64,000 bases of DNA from Candidatus Goldiibacteriota bacterium (GTDB lineage Bacteria > Oederibacteriota > PGYV01 > DSYL01). Positions 60,518 to 64,000 of this stretch are shown here, piece by piece. Location: positions 5,275-69,274 of the forward strand of contig JAGNJD010000001.1 in the NCBI GenBank assembly GCA_018000835.1, written 5' to 3'. How positions within the stretch are numbered: position 1 is the first letter of the stretch; each line of letters opens with the position of its first letter. Both the position numbers and the translations under genes were made by a program. The notes beneath the pieces are model-generated. The model was not told where the DNA came from. It saw only the letters and a program-made list of their open reading frames with translations, and made no database searches.

Positions 60518-60552
60518 CAGTCCGGTAAAAAATACAGATTTTATATAATTCC
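60518..60552 (+). repeat. Dispersed motif CAGTCCGGTAAAAAATACAGATTTTATATAATTCC (copy)
   Basis: 24-nt identity with the 26185 copy. It continues into a TATATAAT box. Confidence 0.7.
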
Positions 60553-60744
60553 TTTTCAGGATGGAAAGATGGATATCAAAATTGCCGGTTGCCATCTGCC
60601 TGCTGCAGATTGATAACTGCATTATAAGTTTTATTTTAATTTATAGCCGGGCACTTGTCGCTGTTTTTATTTAATTTTTCCATTAAGTTTATCTGCCGGC
60701 AATGTATCAAACCATTTCTTGTTACTTTGCTCCGGTATCCACTT

Positions 60745-61602
60745 TTACTTAAAAATCTGCGTTTCCAATTTTCCAACGCACTTTTTGTTTCTCCCCTTAT
60801 ATTGCCCGTTTGTCTCAAACAAAACGTATTTTCCCTGCGGGTCAAAATTAATAAGATTTACGACGTCAACCCTGATTTTTGAATAACTTTCAATAAAATT
60901 CAGTTTATATAATGTTTTCTTCAAATCAATGTCATAGATGAAATATTTATCCGTTTTTTTAAATACGATTAAATTCGTCCCTGATATTATGGAAGGAATT
61001 GAAACGTTTTCAAGAAGAAATTCTTCTTTTACTTTTTTATCCTTTGTCTCTTTAATAAAAAACAATTTATTGTCCGTAATTTTCAGGCAGCCGTTCTTAT
61101 TACAATCTGTAAGCCGTCCTTTTACTTCCATGTTAAGCATGTTTTTTCTTTCCTGGATTCTGTTTTTTTCGTCCTTTAACGGTCCGGACGTTTTCTTTCG
61201 CGTCCGCCTGTCATAAAATATTACGTAATCCTGACCATTGGAATCTTTATTAATAAACTTTTTTAGAAACACAAATTCTCCTTTATTATAAAAAAATAAT
61301 TTTACGTAAAAATTCATGTTTTCTTGTTCTTCAAACAGCGTAGTATATACCTCGTTAACGGGATTGTATTCGTTTATAACGTATCGCCAGAAGGTCTTGT
61401 TATCACTGTTAAAATAAATTGTGATGAGTGCATCCGGAACGTCGGGCAGCCATGTCGCCTGCGTAATGTAAAATGCCTGTGCATCACTCAGATAGTTTAC
61501 TTTAACGTTAATCACAGGTATTTCATCGGCACAAATAATTGAAACCATGCCAAAAAATAACAGGGTCATCGTTACGCAATGCATAATTTTGTTTTTTTTC
61601 AT
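60745..61602 (-). CDS. Secreted hypothetical protein
   Basis: 285 aa with an N-terminal signal/TM segment. No family assignment. Confidence 0.4.
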   Translation of the reverse strand: MKKNKIMHCVTMTLLFFGMVSIICADEIPVINVKVNYLSDAQAFYITQATWLPDVPDALITIYFNSDNKTFWRYVINEYNPVNEVYTTLFEEQENMNFYVKLFFYNKGEFVFLKKFINKDSNGQDYVIFYDRRTRKKTSGPLKDEKNRIQERKNMLNMEVKGRLTDCNKNGCLKITDNKLFFIKETKDKKVKEEFLLENVSIPSIISGTNLIVFKKTDKYFIYDIDLKKTLYKLNFIESYSKIRVDVVNLINFDPQGKYVLFETNGQYKGRNKKCVGKLETQIFK

Positions 61603-61817
61603 TTTATTCTTCTTCCATTTTTATATTTTGCATGTGATTTTTTTTCTTCTTTTTCATTTATCCCGCCGACGTTTTGCCTGAAAATTTCCTTAAATTCTTT
61701 TGTTTTCTGACCCTTAACTGTTTTCTTATAACCTATCCTGTTTTTCCCGGATATTTTTATCTCCATACCTGCATTAATCGGATTTACTTTTTCAATTTCA
61801 TCTTCCATAATTAACAC
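61599..61817 (-). CDS. Small basic hypothetical protein
   Basis: 72-aa Lys-rich ORF overlapping the next gene by 4 nt. Possibly real because of the operon-like spacing. Confidence 0.25.
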   Translation of the reverse strand: MLIMEDEIEKVNPINAGMEIKISGKNRIGYKKTVKGQKTKEFKEIFRQNVGGINEKEEKKSHAKYKNGRRIK

Positions 61818-61827
61818 TCCCGTAATG

Positions 61828-62664
61828 TTATTTTTTAAAATATTCTTTCATTTTCTTATTGATTAAATTATAATCGCTGTTTTTTCCGGTCCATATTTTG
61901 AAAGATTCCATACCCTGATAAATAAGCATGTCCAGTCCGTTTATTATCCCTGCACCTTTTTTTTCTGCAAGTTTCAAAAATTCCGTTTTTGCCGGATTAT
62001 AAATCACGTCATAAACAACCGCTCCTTTTTTTAAATCAGGCAGTTTATATATGACGCTGCTGTTATGCATTCCGACAGAAGTCGTATTGACTATAAAATC
62101 TGCATTACGCAGTATTTCGTCTTTTTCTTTCGTTTTTGTTATGTCCCCATAAATTATATTCTTTAATTTCAATTTTTTTATCATGTCTTCTATCATGGGG
62201 ACGTCTATGTTATATACGTAAAAACAATCCGGTTTCATTGTTGTTATTGCATAGGCAACTGCATGCGCAGCGCCTCCTGCGCCAAACATTACGACGTTTT
62301 TATTTTTAAGGTTTATACCGTTTTTTTCAAGCGACTTTAAAAATCCTGTGTAGTCCGTATTAAAACCGGTTAATTTTCCTTCTGTATTTAATATGGTATT
62401 AACTGCTCCTATCTCCCGGGCTGCTTTATCTGTCTTATCAAGCATGAACATAACGGTCTGTTTGTGCGGTATCGTAACGTTTAATCCCTTTATGTTTTCC
62501 TTTCTTACATTTTTAATGAATATCGGAAGATCTTCGGGTTTTATTTCAAATACTTTGTATTCCCAGTTCATCCCGTATTTTTTAAAAACCGAATTATGCA
62601 TTAAAGGAGACAGAGTATGAGACAAAGGATAACCAACTATGCCTGTAATTGTTTTTTCTTTCAT
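61828..62664 (-). CDS. aroE: Shikimate dehydrogenase
   Basis: GYPLSHTLSPLMHN, NVTIPHK and NTDYTGF motifs. Confidence 0.85.
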   Translation of the reverse strand: MKEKTITGIVGYPLSHTLSPLMHNSVFKKYGMNWEYKVFEIKPEDLPIFIKNVRKENIKGLNVTIPHKQTVMFMLDKTDKAAREIGAVNTILNTEGKLTGFNTDYTGFLKSLEKNGINLKNKNVVMFGAGGAAHAVAYAITTMKPDCFYVYNIDVPMIEDMIKKLKLKNIIYGDITKTKEKDEILRNADFIVNTTSVGMHNSSVIYKLPDLKKGAVVYDVIYNPAKTEFLKLAEKKGAGIINGLDMLIYQGMESFKIWTGKNSDYNLINKKMKEYFKK

Positions 62665-62682
62665 TTTTTCTCCTAAAAAATT

Positions 62683-63996
62683 TTATGCACCGGTTATTTC
62701 CATATCATCAATAACGATAGTCGGGCTTCCGTAATTTACGTAAAATTTAAGGTCATTACATGTTATTATTATTTTATTTAACAAATCTTTCAGATTTCCC
62801 GTAATTAATGATTCTTTTATTGCTTCTGTTTTTTCCCCGTTTTCAATCATCCATCCGTTAAATGCAAGTGAAAAATTTCCGGAAACGGTATCGGCCATAT
62901 GCAATCCCATGAGTGAATTGACGTAAATTCCGTTGAAATTTTTCATTACTTTTTCTTTTTGTTCATCACCATTTACTACATAAAAATTTGAAACTCCACA
63001 ATCCGGCAAAAGCCTGAAATCCGTTCTCGTTGAATTCCCGGTTGTATCCGCATTGCGTAAAACTGCATTTAATTTATCAAATAAAAAAGTTTTTAGAATT
63101 CCGTTTTCCACAACAAATTTATTCTGCCCGGGCTCCCCTTCTGCATCAACTGAAAAACTTCCTGTTTTATAATCCATTAATGCATCGTCTCTGATGTTTA
63201 ATATTTTTGACCCGACGACGTCTCCTGGTTTATATGATGCAAGCAATGATTTTCCCTTTACGACGTTATTACCGAGAAATATCCTTGATATAAGCGAAAT
63301 AATATCACATGCTGTTTCCGGGGGAAGCATTATTTTATATTTTCCAGATTTAATCCGACTTCCATCCAGTAAATTTTGCGCTTTTTTTGCACATTCGCTG
63401 CCTGTTTTTTCAACGTTTATTTCGCTTAATATCGTCGTAATTTCAAAAATTTCTGCCAGTTCCCTGCTGTCGCCTTTTTCTGCGATGGCAGACGTCAGTA
63501 TAAAAAACTTTGTTTTTTCACTATAACTCAACGTATTTTCACTGTTTATGTAAAAAATTTTTTCCAGAAAATCGGAATAATTTGTATCCCGGACTATTTT
63601 AATAAATGAATTTTCTTTTACGCTTTTCTCGAGAAGCAATGCTTTGTTTATTCTCTCATTATCGTTTAGATTTTTATAAAAAGGGTCAAAAACGTTTACT
63701 TTTTTATAGTTTTTGTTTCCTTTTCCTGAAAAAAAATATTTTTCATAACCCTCAATAAAAACTGAATTTTTTGCTTTTGAAACTGCTTTATCTATTATGT
63801 CTGCTTCATTTCCGGAAAAATAACAAAAACCCATTTTACCGTTTTTAAAAACACGGACGTTGCCACAGATGGTATCCGACTTCGTTAATTTCTCTACTTT
63901 TGATTCATTTACTATCACTTCCGTTTTAACGACGTTTTCAATATAAATGTCCCCATAAATTTTTTTTTCTTTTATTATTTTTTTTGCAACTTCCAT
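62683..63996 (-). CDS. TldD/PmbA-family metalloprotease
   Basis: 437 aa. The C-terminal ...MGLHMADTVSGNFSLAFNGWMIENGE... region is typical of PmbA/TldD. The gene begins 4 nt from the window edge. Confidence 0.75.
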   Translation of the reverse strand: MEVAKKIIKEKKIYGDIYIENVVKTEVIVNESKVEKLTKSDTICGNVRVFKNGKMGFCYFSGNEADIIDKAVSKAKNSVFIEGYEKYFFSGKGNKNYKKVNVFDPFYKNLNDNERINKALLLEKSVKENSFIKIVRDTNYSDFLEKIFYINSENTLSYSEKTKFFILTSAIAEKGDSRELAEIFEITTILSEINVEKTGSECAKKAQNLLDGSRIKSGKYKIMLPPETACDIISLISRIFLGNNVVKGKSLLASYKPGDVVGSKILNIRDDALMDYKTGSFSVDAEGEPGQNKFVVENGILKTFLFDKLNAVLRNADTTGNSTRTDFRLLPDCGVSNFYVVNGDEQKEKVMKNFNGIYVNSLMGLHMADTVSGNFSLAFNGWMIENGEKTEAIKESLITGNLKDLLNKIIITCNDLKFYVNYGSPTIVIDDMEITGA

Positions 63997-64000
63997 TAAT

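Overview
This is a low-GC bacterial chromosomal segment, and almost all genes are on the minus strand. The recognisable housekeeping backbone is rpsB-tsf-pyrH-frr-uppS-cdsA-dxr-rseP-ispG (40.1-48.2 kb), accC-accB-efp-pepP (53.6-57.2 kb), dprA-topA-xerC (9.5-13.9 kb), lepA, queE, aroE, and a tldD/pmbA-like gene at the 3' edge. Between these blocks are accessory or variable stretches. One holds a moxR-DUF58-VWA-VWA (Bat-like) operon. Another holds a secreted Thr-rich protein with a T9SS-type C-terminal sorting domain, next to a barrel+TPR outer-membrane protein. Two paralogous outer-membrane barrel genes and a large HExxH-propeller-barrel protein are also present. A degraded IS30-family element lies between rpsB and an asp23/amaP operon, with additional solo IS ends. 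The candidates most worth follow-up are these:
- a P-loop kinase / dCMP-deaminase fusion (AvcD/DCD-like nucleotide-depletion architecture) next to a DUF4143 ATPase;
- two separate proteins with class-III nucleotidyl-cyclase-like motifs, one fused to a Zn-ribbon and FHA domain, the other inside the IS30-flanked islet;
- a ~570-bp array of GC-rich palindromic units plus a long inverted repeat immediately upstream of dprA;
- a ~210-bp multi-hairpin repeat present twice;
- a dispersed CCTGTCCGGTAAAAAATACAGATTT / TTTACCGGGCAGG palindromic motif family.
No rRNA, tRNA or CRISPR array was recognised. I placed coordinates of non-ORF features by reading line labels, so they may be off by a few bases.
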